Shown piece after piece: positions 32,661-41,710 of a DNA stretch of 50,655 nucleotides. The notes under the pieces were generated by a model. That model had not been told where the DNA came from. It worked only from the letters and a program-made list of their open reading frames with translations, and made no database searches. The position numbers and the translations under genes were made by a program. Within the stretch, counting starts at the first letter, position 1, and each line of letters begins with the position of its first letter. The DNA comes from a virus (taxonomy: Duplodnaviria > Caudoviricetes), in the IMG/VR virus record IMGVR_UViG_3300025595_000005, positions 1 through 50,655 of that record; one strand, 5' to 3'.

Positions 32661-32810
32661 TCAGATTAGATAGATTGATGCGTTAACGGCGATTAGCGCC
32701 AATGAAGTAATAATCACTGGCAAGCGCTTTTCATGACGCTTGACGGCTTCACAATAAAGAATCCCAAGGGAACCGATAACAAGTAACAGGTGAATAGCAA
32801 TATAAATCAT
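32661..32810 (-). CDS. Small two-TM membrane protein (49 aa, not in the ORF track)
   Basis: MIYIAIHLLLVIGSLGILY-CEAVKRHEKR-LPVIITSLALIAVNASIYLI; SD GAGAG. Confidence 0.6.
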   Translation of the reverse strand: MIYIAIHLLLVIGSLGILYCEAVKRHEKRLPVIITSLALIAVNASIYLI

Positions 32811-32854
32811 GGTTGTATCTCTCATTAGGTGCGCCATCCCTAGCGCTTGGTTAA

Positions 32855-33085
32855 TTAAAGGGTAGCTTGAAATTCAGCAACGGCCTCATTAAAAGCATCG
32901 ACGCCAGCTTGATAAAGATCTTGGTTATCACCGTAAATCCCAAGATCTTCCAAGGTGTCGCCGATGTTGTTGTGGCAACTATCGACGAAGTCCTGCCATG
33001 AACAATGATCTACTCTGTAATCAGAAGCGCCAAGCGCGTGACTAAGTCCGATTTCAATGGCTTTTTTTACAAGATCCTCATTCAT
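32855..33085 (-). CDS. Acidic early hypothetical protein
   Basis: First gene of the early arm; SD GGAG. Confidence 0.6.
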   Translation of the reverse strand: MNEDLVKKAIEIGLSHALGASDYRVDHCSWQDFVDSCHNNIGDTLEDLGIYGDNQDLYQAGVDAFNEAVAEFQATL

Positions 33086-33128
33086 CTCTTTCTCCAGCTT
33101 GTTTTAATAATAAATCAAATCAGGCTTT

Positions 33129-33157
33129 ATATTACTAAGTGATGCTCAGTATTACAA
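33129..33157 (-). promoter_or_regulatory. Putative early promoter
   Basis: TTGTAA-N17-TAATAT with an A-rich upstream tract. Confidence 0.5.
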
Positions 33158-33237
33158 TAGGCTAGATCATCTTTTTATGCTTTTTTTGGGATTATTTTTC
33201 GTGCGTTTTGTGAAAGCGTAGCACCAGGTAGCGCAAT

Positions 33238-33267
33238 CCTGAAAGATTTCAGGCTATCGCGTATAAT
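33238..33267 (+). promoter_or_regulatory. Putative promoter with a palindromic operator over the -35
   Basis: CTGAAA-N17-TATAAT; perfect inverted repeat CCTGAAA-GA-TTTCAGG at 33238-33253. Confidence 0.55.
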
Positions 33268-33273
33268 GTCAGT

Positions 33274-33760
33274 CATGGCAAGGAATAGCGGGAATTTATC
33301 TTAATTGATGGGTTCGGCGTAAACCGCTATTTCCTACCATGTTAAAAGGTGATCCGATAAAAACCGGAAAGCCTCACGTCTGAATAGCCCCTATCCTAGC
33401 AAGTCCCTCCCACGGGAAAGCCCCTCATCCTATCCTTGTAAACATCTCTTCTTGTATAGGGATAAACACTAATCCATGTAGTGTATGAGACATCTCCTCA
33501 TAGCGTAGTGAGTGTATGCCAGTGCGTGTAATCCTTGCATACCAATAGATAGCATCAATCCTAACTAGTGTTATCTATCCCATCACATAGTCCTACCCCT
33601 TGTTATTGTCTCAGTCAGTCACACAATGGGTGGTAACCATAAACTCACCTCAGCCACCGTGCATACAGGGTCTTACGCCCCACGGTAGGTGTCTAAGCCG
33701 TGCTGGTGATGGTAGTTGGGGAGGGTCGGAAGTGCGTGTAGGTGAGGATAGGTAGTGGTT
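33274..33760 (+). ncRNA. Putative large multi-branched structured RNA of unknown family
   Basis: No ORF; about 12 nested helices found by hand, several with G-U pairs that work only on the + strand; starts just after TATAAT. Confidence 0.55.
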
Positions 33761-33985
33761 CACATCAAAAAAATATTTCACATATTTAATTTTAGGCTCC
33801 ATGAAAACCGGCTTCCCAAATTTCTCTCAAAAATATTAGCCAACTGATAAGCCAACATTGATTGCTCAGTAATACACATCTATGATTTTGGTTACTGGAA
33901 TTTCTGATAAAAAATTTTGACAAATTGGACTTGGGTAAATCGGTAGGTTAAAGTCGCGTCAAATTAGTGTTACTGAGTAAGCTTT

Positions 33986-34141
33986 ATGATTTGTCCTAAT
34001 TGTGAGACGGGTGAAATGAAACCTGTCTTTGAGGAAGGGTTTGAGTATATGCGTTGTGATTGCGGGTTTGAGGTTGAGACGCCTCAGCAGATGAAACGCA
34101 ATGATGACTTTATTCGGCAGCAGGAGCGTGAGCAGTGGTAG
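33986..34141 (+). CDS. Small zinc-ribbon protein (51 aa, not in the ORF track)
   Basis: MICPNCETGEM...RCDCGFEVET. Confidence 0.55.
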   Translation: MICPNCETGEMKPVFEEGFEYMRCDCGFEVETPQQMKRNDDFIRQQEREQW

Positions 34142-34193
34142 AGGTTTCTCATGGTTGAACTGAATGTAATGAAGTCTACGATGGAGGTATTCC

Positions 34194-34679
34194 ATGGTTG
34201 ATTTCGCTAAGATGAAAGAAGAGTACGTCACTGGCAAGTACACGGTTAACCAGCTTGTTGAAAAGTATCGCGTGTCTCTGGATACGGTTAGGGAGCAGAT
34301 CCGTAGGAATCAGTGGGCTAAGGAAAAGCGCATGGTCCAGAACCAGGCTTTAAGAGAAGTTATGAAGACAAATAACTTCAATATCATGGAGGAGTTAGCT
34401 ATTTTGAATGGAAGAGATTTAGCTATATCGAATAGGATTCGTGATTTGGTAGCGGCGCGATTGGCCCTTTGGGAAGCTGATCCTGATGACGTTTCCCTAG
34501 GTGACCTGTCTTTATTAGCTAGAACTCACAAGGACCTTCAACATGTAGGGAGAATAGCTTTGGATGCTAATTCTGATGCTGTTAGGACGGAGATACTGTC
34601 TAGGGGCAAGGATAGGCGTGACTATACGGAAGAAGAGTTATTAGAGCTTTTGGCTCAGGATGAAAAAGAGGAAGATTGA
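34194..34679 (+). CDS. Terminase small subunit
   Basis: N-terminal HTH (EEYVTG....QLVEKY.VS..TV......W), SD GGAGG, directly before TerL. Confidence 0.75.
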   Translation: MVDFAKMKEEYVTGKYTVNQLVEKYRVSLDTVREQIRRNQWAKEKRMVQNQALREVMKTNNFNIMEELAILNGRDLAISNRIRDLVAARLALWEADPDDVSLGDLSLLARTHKDLQHVGRIALDANSDAVRTEILSRGKDRRDYTEEELLELLAQDEKEED

Positions 34680-36187
34680 TGGTTGCCGTCATGGATGACT
34701 ACGGATTATCTAAACGTGAAATTTTTGAAGAATTGTTATTCAGGAAACAAGCGAAACGTGACCTGACTAAATTTTGTAAGTTGGTTTCGGATATTGAGGC
34801 GGCGCGGCATCACCGTGTACTTATTGAGAAGCTGGAGGATATAGCTTACGGGAGGAATGATCGGTTAATGGTATTTATGCCACCTGGTCATGCCAAGAGT
34901 ACTTATTCATCTGTTCACTTTCCCGCTTTTTATTTGGGTGTGAATGAAAAGAATTGCATTATCGGTGCAAGTCACACACAGGATTTAGCGGAGAGGTTTT
35001 CCAAGAAAGCAAGGGCGATTGTTCAGTCTACTGCGTATCATGAAACTTATGGTTTTGGTATCGCGCAGGATTCACGCGCAGTTGCTGCTTGGGAGACAGA
35101 AAAAGGTGGAGAGTTTAAGGCTGCTGGTGTGGGCGCTGGTATTGCTGGTCGTCGTTCTGACGTTGGTCTTATCGACGATCCTATCCGCTCAAGAGAGGAT
35201 GCGGAAAGCGAAGGAGTTAGAGATAGAGTTTGGGAATGGTATCTTGCTGACTTCAGAACGCGACTCAAGCCGAATGGAGCCATAGTGATTATCCAAACAC
35301 GATGGCACCCCGACGATTTGGCTGGCAGGATTCTTCCTCCTGATTATCATGGTCAATCAGGTAAAGTTGTGTGTACAGGAGGAGAGGTTTGGGAGATTGT
35401 GAACTTCCCAGCGATTTGTGAGCAGGATGATGATATTTTAGGAAGGAAAGTCGGTGAAGCGTTATGGCCTGAGTACTATACTTTGGAGATGCTTCTTGAA
35501 ACTAAGAAGATGCAAACCCCCAGAAACTGGAGTTCCCTGTATCAACAACGACCCAGACCTGATGATGCAAACCAATTCGATGTTGAAAACTTCCTTATTG
35601 ACGGGAGTCCTGTCCCTTATCCTAAATTTTGCGACACTATATTCGCTGTTATTGATACCGCAACCAAGGACGGCGCAAAGCATGATTCTACTGCTGTCAC
35701 TTATTTCGCTTACTCTAAGTATGTGGGTAATCCACTCATCGTTCTTGATTATGACATGGTACAAATCGAAGGAGCCATCTTAGTCGATTGGTTGCCCAGT
35801 GTTGTTGAGCGATGTGAGGAATATGCGAAAGAATGTGGCTCACGGCTGGGATCGGCAGGAGCGTTTGTTGAGGACAAGGCTTCTGGTGCTGTGGTCATTC
35901 AGCAGGCCAGGAGAAATGGGCTTCCAGTAAGGGCGATTGACAGCCCACTGACGATGCTGGGTAAGTCTGAAAGGGCAATTAACGTGTCACCCTATTGTTG
36001 CCGTGGATTGGTTAAGTTCTCAGAACACGCATACAATAAGCGTATTGTTCACAAGGGTCGGGAAAGAAATCAGTTATTGTTTCAAATTACTAACTTTAGA
36101 GTTGGTTTCGATAACAAAAGTGATGACTTATTGGATACGTTTTGTTATGGCATTTCGCTGGCTCTGGGTGATGCTGATGGTTTCTAA
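34676..36187 (+). CDS. Terminase large subunit
   Basis: MPPGHAKS Walker A, LIDDP Walker B, QTRWH, YQQRP, nuclease IDTA...EDKASG...DDLLD. Confidence 0.95.
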   Translation: MMVAVMDDYGLSKREIFEELLFRKQAKRDLTKFCKLVSDIEAARHHRVLIEKLEDIAYGRNDRLMVFMPPGHAKSTYSSVHFPAFYLGVNEKNCIIGASHTQDLAERFSKKARAIVQSTAYHETYGFGIAQDSRAVAAWETEKGGEFKAAGVGAGIAGRRSDVGLIDDPIRSREDAESEGVRDRVWEWYLADFRTRLKPNGAIVIIQTRWHPDDLAGRILPPDYHGQSGKVVCTGGEVWEIVNFPAICEQDDDILGRKVGEALWPEYYTLEMLLETKKMQTPRNWSSLYQQRPRPDDANQFDVENFLIDGSPVPYPKFCDTIFAVIDTATKDGAKHDSTAVTYFAYSKYVGNPLIVLDYDMVQIEGAILVDWLPSVVERCEEYAKECGSRLGSAGAFVEDKASGAVVIQQARRNGLPVRAIDSPLTMLGKSERAINVSPYCCRGLVKFSEHAYNKRIVHKGRERNQLLFQITNFRVGFDNKSDDLLDTFCYGISLALGDADGF

Positions 36188-36198
36188 CAGGAATAAAC

Positions 36199-37704
36199 AT
36201 GGCTGTAATTAATATGAGTGGCGCTGTCGCAGGCGCTCTGAACGAAGGTTCTCCGCTATACAACATCATGATGGCGCAGGACATTGTTCCTGGTGAACAG
36301 CCTTCCTATATGGTTTGTAAGGAAATCTATACTTCACACCCTTTGGGTAAGAAAATCATTGATTCGCCCATTTCTAGGGCAATGAATAAGCGTAGAGAAA
36401 TCATTGTTTTAGAAGCGCCTGATGCTGTTGTTGATGCGTTTAATCACGCTTGGGACAGAATGCATTGTGATTTCTATGTGGCTGATTGTTATAGGCTTTC
36501 AAGAATCTACGGGATCAGTTCTTTGGCCGTTATGCCGCATGATGGCATGAGTACTAATGAACCTCTTTCCCCCCAAGAATTATGGAAAGGCGATGTCAAA
36601 TTTAATAGTTTGGACCCTCTTAATACCGCTGGCTCTTTGGTGGGTATTCTTGATCCTAATCGGCCTGATTTCCTTAAATATTCGCGTATTTCTGTCCAAG
36701 GTAAGCCTTATGCGGCAAGCAGGACGCACATCCAGCTTTATGAAAACCCGATCTACCTGTCTTACACTAATGCAGCTTATGGTTACGTTGGTCGCTCTGC
36801 TTTTAGTCGCTGCCTTTATCCATTACAGTCTTACCTCCAATCAATGGTGGCTGATAACCTGGTAATGGTGAAATCTGGCGTTCTTGTCGCCAAGATCTCT
36901 CAGCCAGGATCAATTATTGATAGGGTTCAGCAAGCCGCACAGAACATCAGGCTCAACATTCTGAAAGGCGCTAGAACAGGCAATACGGTTTCTATTAAAC
37001 CGGATGAGGCGATTGAGTCTCTTGACTTACATTACCTGGATTACCAGAAGCAACGCATGAACATTCTGGAAACGATTGCATTATCTCTGGATATGCCAGC
37101 ACAGTTCATGACTTCAGATGCGCTATCACAGGGCTTTGGAGAAGGCGAAGAAGACGCGAAACTGATCTCTTCATACATTGACCGTGTGCGGCTGGATATG
37201 AAGAACTTGTATGACTTTATGGATAATATCGTCATGCATGTCGCGTGGAACCCCGAATACCACGCAGCCCTAAAAAACCGTTTTCCTGGTGTTTCTGACA
37301 ATTATGATGAGTGGTTCGCACAGTGCAAACGGTCTTTTAAAGCGATCTGGCCAGAAGCTCTGGAGCCTTCCAAGAAAGAACGTGTTGAATTTCAAAGGAT
37401 CTCTTATGAATCCATTCTTCAGGTGTTCAACGCTCTGGAGCGCGTGACGCACGGGGAGAACAAGGGCCAATTGGTTGAGTGGGTTGTCTCAAACCTCAAT
37501 GAAATGGAAACTCTTTTCCCTAATAAACTTGAGATCGATGTAGATGATATCGCTGAAAGGTCAGAACTGGGTCTGGATGAGAATTTGGGCGGTATCAATG
37601 ATGCTGGCGTTCAGCAAAAATCAAAGTCTGAAGTAGTGACACAGCCTAAGCCAAAAGCCCCAAGGTCTATTAAAGGCGTCAAAGAAAACGTGGCCAATAA
37701 ATGA
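36199..37704 (+). CDS. Portal protein (DUF1073-like)
   Basis: 501 aa after TerL; RLSRIYG, YGY.GRS, GFGEGEED motifs. Confidence 0.85.
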   Translation: MAVINMSGAVAGALNEGSPLYNIMMAQDIVPGEQPSYMVCKEIYTSHPLGKKIIDSPISRAMNKRREIIVLEAPDAVVDAFNHAWDRMHCDFYVADCYRLSRIYGISSLAVMPHDGMSTNEPLSPQELWKGDVKFNSLDPLNTAGSLVGILDPNRPDFLKYSRISVQGKPYAASRTHIQLYENPIYLSYTNAAYGYVGRSAFSRCLYPLQSYLQSMVADNLVMVKSGVLVAKISQPGSIIDRVQQAAQNIRLNILKGARTGNTVSIKPDEAIESLDLHYLDYQKQRMNILETIALSLDMPAQFMTSDALSQGFGEGEEDAKLISSYIDRVRLDMKNLYDFMDNIVMHVAWNPEYHAALKNRFPGVSDNYDEWFAQCKRSFKAIWPEALEPSKKERVEFQRISYESILQVFNALERVTHGENKGQLVEWVVSNLNEMETLFPNKLEIDVDDIAERSELGLDENLGGINDAGVQQKSKSEVVTQPKPKAPRSIKGVKENVANK

Positions 37705-38483
37705 ATTACTACAAGCGTGTAGATGAATTAGTCAACCGCGCTTTGATGGGCGAAGACGTAACTTGGCTTTTGGGCCAAATGGGCATTTTCTTGGATAACC
37801 TAGATATTGAACAAAATGTTTCTTATCAAATAAAGAAAACTTTTGAATCTGAGGTGTCTAACAAGAAGTTGCTCAAGCGTCATTCAGTGGCTCCTTATGT
37901 TATAGCGGCAGTTCTCTATAAGCTTCAGGATGAGCGTGATAATCGTATTATGATCGCAAGAACCTTAGCCAAAATCCACAAGGAAAAGGCCAAGGAAACC
38001 GTTATGCAGCGTTTCGCTGGCTGGGCCAGTAGCATTCCTGTCCTTCCCCAAAACCGCGCTAAGTTAAACAAAGTTAAATTAGTGCGTGAGATAATTAAGC
38101 CAATTGCTAAAGACTTAAATAAGCAAGATAAGCTGTTAGCCAATGATCAATCACGCAAAATGTTGTCTAACATTGATTCGATTATTGCGAATGAGGCTGG
38201 AGCAATCGGCTATTACTGGCATTCACTTTTCAGGGTTCCAGGTTATAAATATAGAGTCGAACATAAGCACCTTGATCTTGACGGCAAATTCATTATTCTC
38301 AAAGATAACTGGGCATTGAAAAACGGATTAATGAAAAAAGATGGCGGCATATATCAAGACCAAATTGAGCAGCCTGGTGAATTACCTAACTGTAAATGTT
38401 CTGCTGTATATGTATATACATTAGATGAAATACCACCTAACTGCTTGACAAATAAGGGTTTAGAGTATAAAAAGGGTATATAA
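37701..38483 (+). CDS. Head morphogenesis protein (Mu gpF/SPP1 gp7-like)
   Basis: DQSRK, YYWHS, R.EH..LD, PGELPNCKC motifs. Confidence 0.8.
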   Translation: MNYYKRVDELVNRALMGEDVTWLLGQMGIFLDNLDIEQNVSYQIKKTFESEVSNKKLLKRHSVAPYVIAAVLYKLQDERDNRIMIARTLAKIHKEKAKETVMQRFAGWASSIPVLPQNRAKLNKVKLVREIIKPIAKDLNKQDKLLANDQSRKMLSNIDSIIANEAGAIGYYWHSLFRVPGYKYRVEHKHLDLDGKFIILKDNWALKNGLMKKDGGIYQDQIEQPGELPNCKCSAVYVYTLDEIPPNCLTNKGLEYKKGI

Positions 38484-38502
38484 TTGGCTATGAGATACTA
38501 TT

Positions 38503-39999
38503 ATGCCTCCAGTATCAGAAGCGCAGCGTAAGGCCATGTGGGCCGCAGCAGAAGGGCATTCCACGCTTGGAATACCGCAGGCTGTTGGTAAAGAATTTGT
38601 AAGCGCAGATTCTGACGGTAATGTTGAAAACCGTAAAGTATCTGTTGACGGTCACGGCTTTCATGAATACAAAATCATGGAGGATATACGTTATGGGCGG
38701 TTACCAAGTCCTCAAAAGTACGGCAATGTACATTTGTTTGATATACGGGTTACTGGCACTGGCATGGCTGAACGTGCGTCTGGTGAGATTGCACACAAAA
38801 GTCCCGCTGACTATTTAACCAATGAATTCCTTGCGCGATGCAACGGCCTCCCAGTATTGTGGGAACATCCAGATGCAAAACTTCTGGACACAAATTCTTT
38901 CCGCAATCAGATTATTGGTACTTCTTCCCTGCCCTATGTAAAGGGTGATGATGTATGGACGATTGCGCGAATTTATGACGATGAAGCAGCGATGCTGATG
39001 ACAGAAAATCAGTTATCTACTTCTCCAGCCGTCACAATATCGAAGTCAGCAATAAAGAACGGACAAGTCCTTATTGAAGGAAATCCAATCTTTATTGACC
39101 ATATAGCTGTATGCTCCGCAGGTGTATGGGATAAAGGCGCACCTGACGGAGTTCGTGTTGATTTAGTTTCTGAGGAAAATACAATGGATGATTCATCAAT
39201 CCCAAGCGTGGAGAGTACTCTCCTAGCTAAGATCTTGGAGCGTCTAGATTCTCTAGATGCCCGTGTAGATGCAAAGCATGATATGCCACACAATAAAATG
39301 GACTCTGATAAAGAGGAAATGGATTGTGCGGATTCTATGGAAGATAAGGCTGATGAGTCTTTGTCTTCTGAAGAAAAGAAAGAAGTGAAAGAAGAGTGCA
39401 AAGAGGAAATCGAAGGCGCTCATCACGAAGTGGACTCCAAAGCCGATTCTAAAGAAGAAGAGGAAGAGGAGAAAGAAAAGGCCGACTCTAAAGAGGAAGA
39501 GGAAGTGAAAGACGACTCTGCCCGTGCTGATAGCATGAAAATTGAAGCCCTTGAACTGGAACTTTCCCGTTTAAAGGAAACTGTCAAGGAGCGTAGTATT
39601 GATGATCGCGAAGCTATGGCGAAAGCCCAGTCACGCGCTGATTCAGTTGCTATGGCCCTTGGTGAAACTGCTGGCATTGCTCCTGTCATGGGTGAGAGTG
39701 TATTTGCATTCCGTAAGCGCCTTGCTTCACGTTTTGCTAAGTTCTCCTCAAGATTTAAGGATGTTGATGTTGCAGGCATCAAGGATACTGCGCTGTTTTC
39801 GCCTGTTGAAGAAGCTATCTATGCTGATAGCCTTGAATACGCAAAGGCCCCACCTGTTGCTGAAGGCACTGTTCACATGGTTGAAGCCCGTGACGATGCT
39901 GGCCGCATGATCCGTACCCCCACGGCTAACTCCGACCCAAGAGCATGGATGGACATGTTCTCTAACGGCGCTAGGTTCCGTGGCAACATCAGAGTCTAA
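38503..39999 (+). CDS. Head maturation protease-scaffold fusion (DUF2213-like)
   Basis: GLPV..EHP, LSTSP, DHIAVC..G followed by an acidic scaffold region. Confidence 0.8.
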   Translation: MPPVSEAQRKAMWAAAEGHSTLGIPQAVGKEFVSADSDGNVENRKVSVDGHGFHEYKIMEDIRYGRLPSPQKYGNVHLFDIRVTGTGMAERASGEIAHKSPADYLTNEFLARCNGLPVLWEHPDAKLLDTNSFRNQIIGTSSLPYVKGDDVWTIARIYDDEAAMLMTENQLSTSPAVTISKSAIKNGQVLIEGNPIFIDHIAVCSAGVWDKGAPDGVRVDLVSEENTMDDSSIPSVESTLLAKILERLDSLDARVDAKHDMPHNKMDSDKEEMDCADSMEDKADESLSSEEKKEVKEECKEEIEGAHHEVDSKADSKEEEEEEKEKADSKEEEEVKDDSARADSMKIEALELELSRLKETVKERSIDDREAMAKAQSRADSVAMALGETAGIAPVMGESVFAFRKRLASRFAKFSSRFKDVDVAGIKDTALFSPVEEAIYADSLEYAKAPPVAEGTVHMVEARDDAGRMIRTPTANSDPRAWMDMFSNGARFRGNIRV

Positions 40000-40011
40000 G
40001 GAGAAACTTAA

Positions 40012-40611
40012 ATGAGTACTTTTAATCCTTATGTAGTGACCAACGTACAGGATGGCTTTTCTGTACAGTCACAAGGTTATTGGCAGGGTGACTTGCAGGA
40101 CGATCCTGCTGGTCGTTTCCAGCTTGCTGCTGGTATCGTAGCTTCAACCGAAACCCTCCCAATGTGGGGTGGTATTGCTGTCTTTGAAAAGACCCCTCCT
40201 GCAACTCCAGATGCAACCCCAATGGGTTCTATCATTGGTCGCGCAACTGTTTCAGATACCCTTGCTGGTTTCTCCGTATTCAACGGCGTTTACAGCGCAC
40301 CAACGACCCCACAGTCTCCAGTTCCACTTCAGTCTGTTGGTGGTGGTTTCAACTTTGTACGTCTTGGTACGAAGAACCGTGTTGTTGTTAAGTGTGCTAG
40401 TTCTATTCTTGCTCTTGCTGGTTCTGAGAACCCAAAGACGCTTGGTTGGGATGCTACGAATCAACAGCTTGTAGCTGCTGGTGCGGGTACTTTTGACTTC
40501 AGCGCAACGCTGATTGACGTAAACACCAACGGTGCAGTTGTTGTTTATGATGGCGCAACCGGATTTGCAACTTGGAATACTACTTCTAATGTTGCTGTCA
40601 TTCTGATCTAA
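40012..40611 (+). CDS. Capsid decoration/cement protein
   Basis: 199 aa between scaffold and MCP, as in Bcep781-like phages. Confidence 0.65.
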   Translation: MSTFNPYVVTNVQDGFSVQSQGYWQGDLQDDPAGRFQLAAGIVASTETLPMWGGIAVFEKTPPATPDATPMGSIIGRATVSDTLAGFSVFNGVYSAPTTPQSPVPLQSVGGGFNFVRLGTKNRVVVKCASSILALAGSENPKTLGWDATNQQLVAAGAGTFDFSATLIDVNTNGAVVVYDGATGFATWNTTSNVAVILI

Positions 40612-40622
40612 GGAGACACCTA

Positions 40623-41648
40623 ATGGCTAATATCACTAGCGGGTTCGTGCAGCTTCATCCTAGCTACACCATGCCTGAAATCATCATGCAGTACCAGCAG
40701 CCTTCCGGTGCGTTCCTTGCGCTTCCGAATGGCTCTATCATGCCCCGTATGTCACAGGGCGATCTGGCTGTATACATTAAACGCTTGAACGTGAAGTCAC
40801 AGTTCCAGGCAAGCCAGAACGTAGCTAATCAGCTTCCTTCTTGCTCTATTGACGCACTTCAGATCAGCACCCCAACCTATCTGCTTCGCTCACGTTGCAT
40901 CTATGATCACCATGATGTAGCGGCTGCAAGCAACTGGGGTTTCAGCCTTCCTGAAGCACAGCGTCTGGCCATGCGTCAGGGCATCAACCAAGGTCTTCGT
41001 AACGGTCTTCTGTACGGTTTCAACCCACAGAACACTGGCGAAGGTCTTCTGAATGCTCCTGGCCTGACCGCTACCAGCCTGCCGCCTGATTCATTCGGCA
41101 ATACGACTGTTGTCACCTATGACAACGGCCAGATGGCACAGTATCTTGCACAACAGGTTGTTGCCGCCAAGATTCGTATGAACCAGCTTGGTCAACCAGC
41201 CCGTGTGGTCATCCTTGGCCCACAGCGCGTTATTGGCCAGTGGCAGTACAGCATCGTTCAGTTGACCCAGTATCAGCGTCCTGGTGCAGGTTCTAACTCA
41301 ACGTCTGGTACGCTTGAGTCAGTTATCGGCTGGAATGATGACTCTTTGGAATTCGGCTTCGACGATACCCTTATCGGTAAAGGCGATGGCGGTTCTGACG
41401 CAGTCCTGATCGTTATTCCTGAAATCAAAGTTCCATTTGTTGGTTCTGAACCGAACACCAACATCTTCGCTACTTTGACCCCAGGTCTTCAGGCTACCAC
41501 GCTTCAGTTGACGGATATGGCTGCTCCCCGTGAGATCACCAGCCCTCTCCCAGATGGTGCGCTGGCTACTCTGTCTGAGATTCGTGCTACCCCAGGTTGG
41601 GCTATCCGCTCACAGGGTGTCACCAAGATCAGCATGATCTACAGCTAA
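40623..41648 (+). CDS. Major capsid protein
   Basis: 341 aa; LYG.....EGLLNAP HK97-fold motif; strong SD, biased codons, followed by a terminator. Confidence 0.85.
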   Translation: MANITSGFVQLHPSYTMPEIIMQYQQPSGAFLALPNGSIMPRMSQGDLAVYIKRLNVKSQFQASQNVANQLPSCSIDALQISTPTYLLRSRCIYDHHDVAAASNWGFSLPEAQRLAMRQGINQGLRNGLLYGFNPQNTGEGLLNAPGLTATSLPPDSFGNTTVVTYDNGQMAQYLAQQVVAAKIRMNQLGQPARVVILGPQRVIGQWQYSIVQLTQYQRPGAGSNSTSGTLESVIGWNDDSLEFGFDDTLIGKGDGGSDAVLIVIPEIKVPFVGSEPNTNIFATLTPGLQATTLQLTDMAAPREITSPLPDGALATLSEIRATPGWAIRSQGVTKISMIYS

Positions 41649-41660
41649 GATAAAAAGATA

Positions 41661-41690
41661 GGAGCGGGGTTATAATGACTCCGCTCTTAA
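41661..41690 (+). terminator. Hairpin terminator after the MCP gene
   Basis: GAGCGGGGT/ACTCCGCTC stem followed by TTAACTT. Confidence 0.55.
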
Positions 41691-41710
41691 CTTAATAGCA
41701 GGGAAATGAA

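Noticed and set aside
33959-34243. Minus-strand 94-aa ORF
   Set aside because: Antisense to the better-supported zinc-ribbon ORF and terS; no recognisable features.
36199-37704. Anti-CBASS (Acb1) label often attached to DUF1073-type portals
   Set aside because: No HxT phosphoesterase domain is visible; size and position indicate a plain portal.
38445-38471. TTGACA..TATAAA promoter before the protease gene
   Set aside because: The spacer is only 15 nt and it lies within coding sequence.
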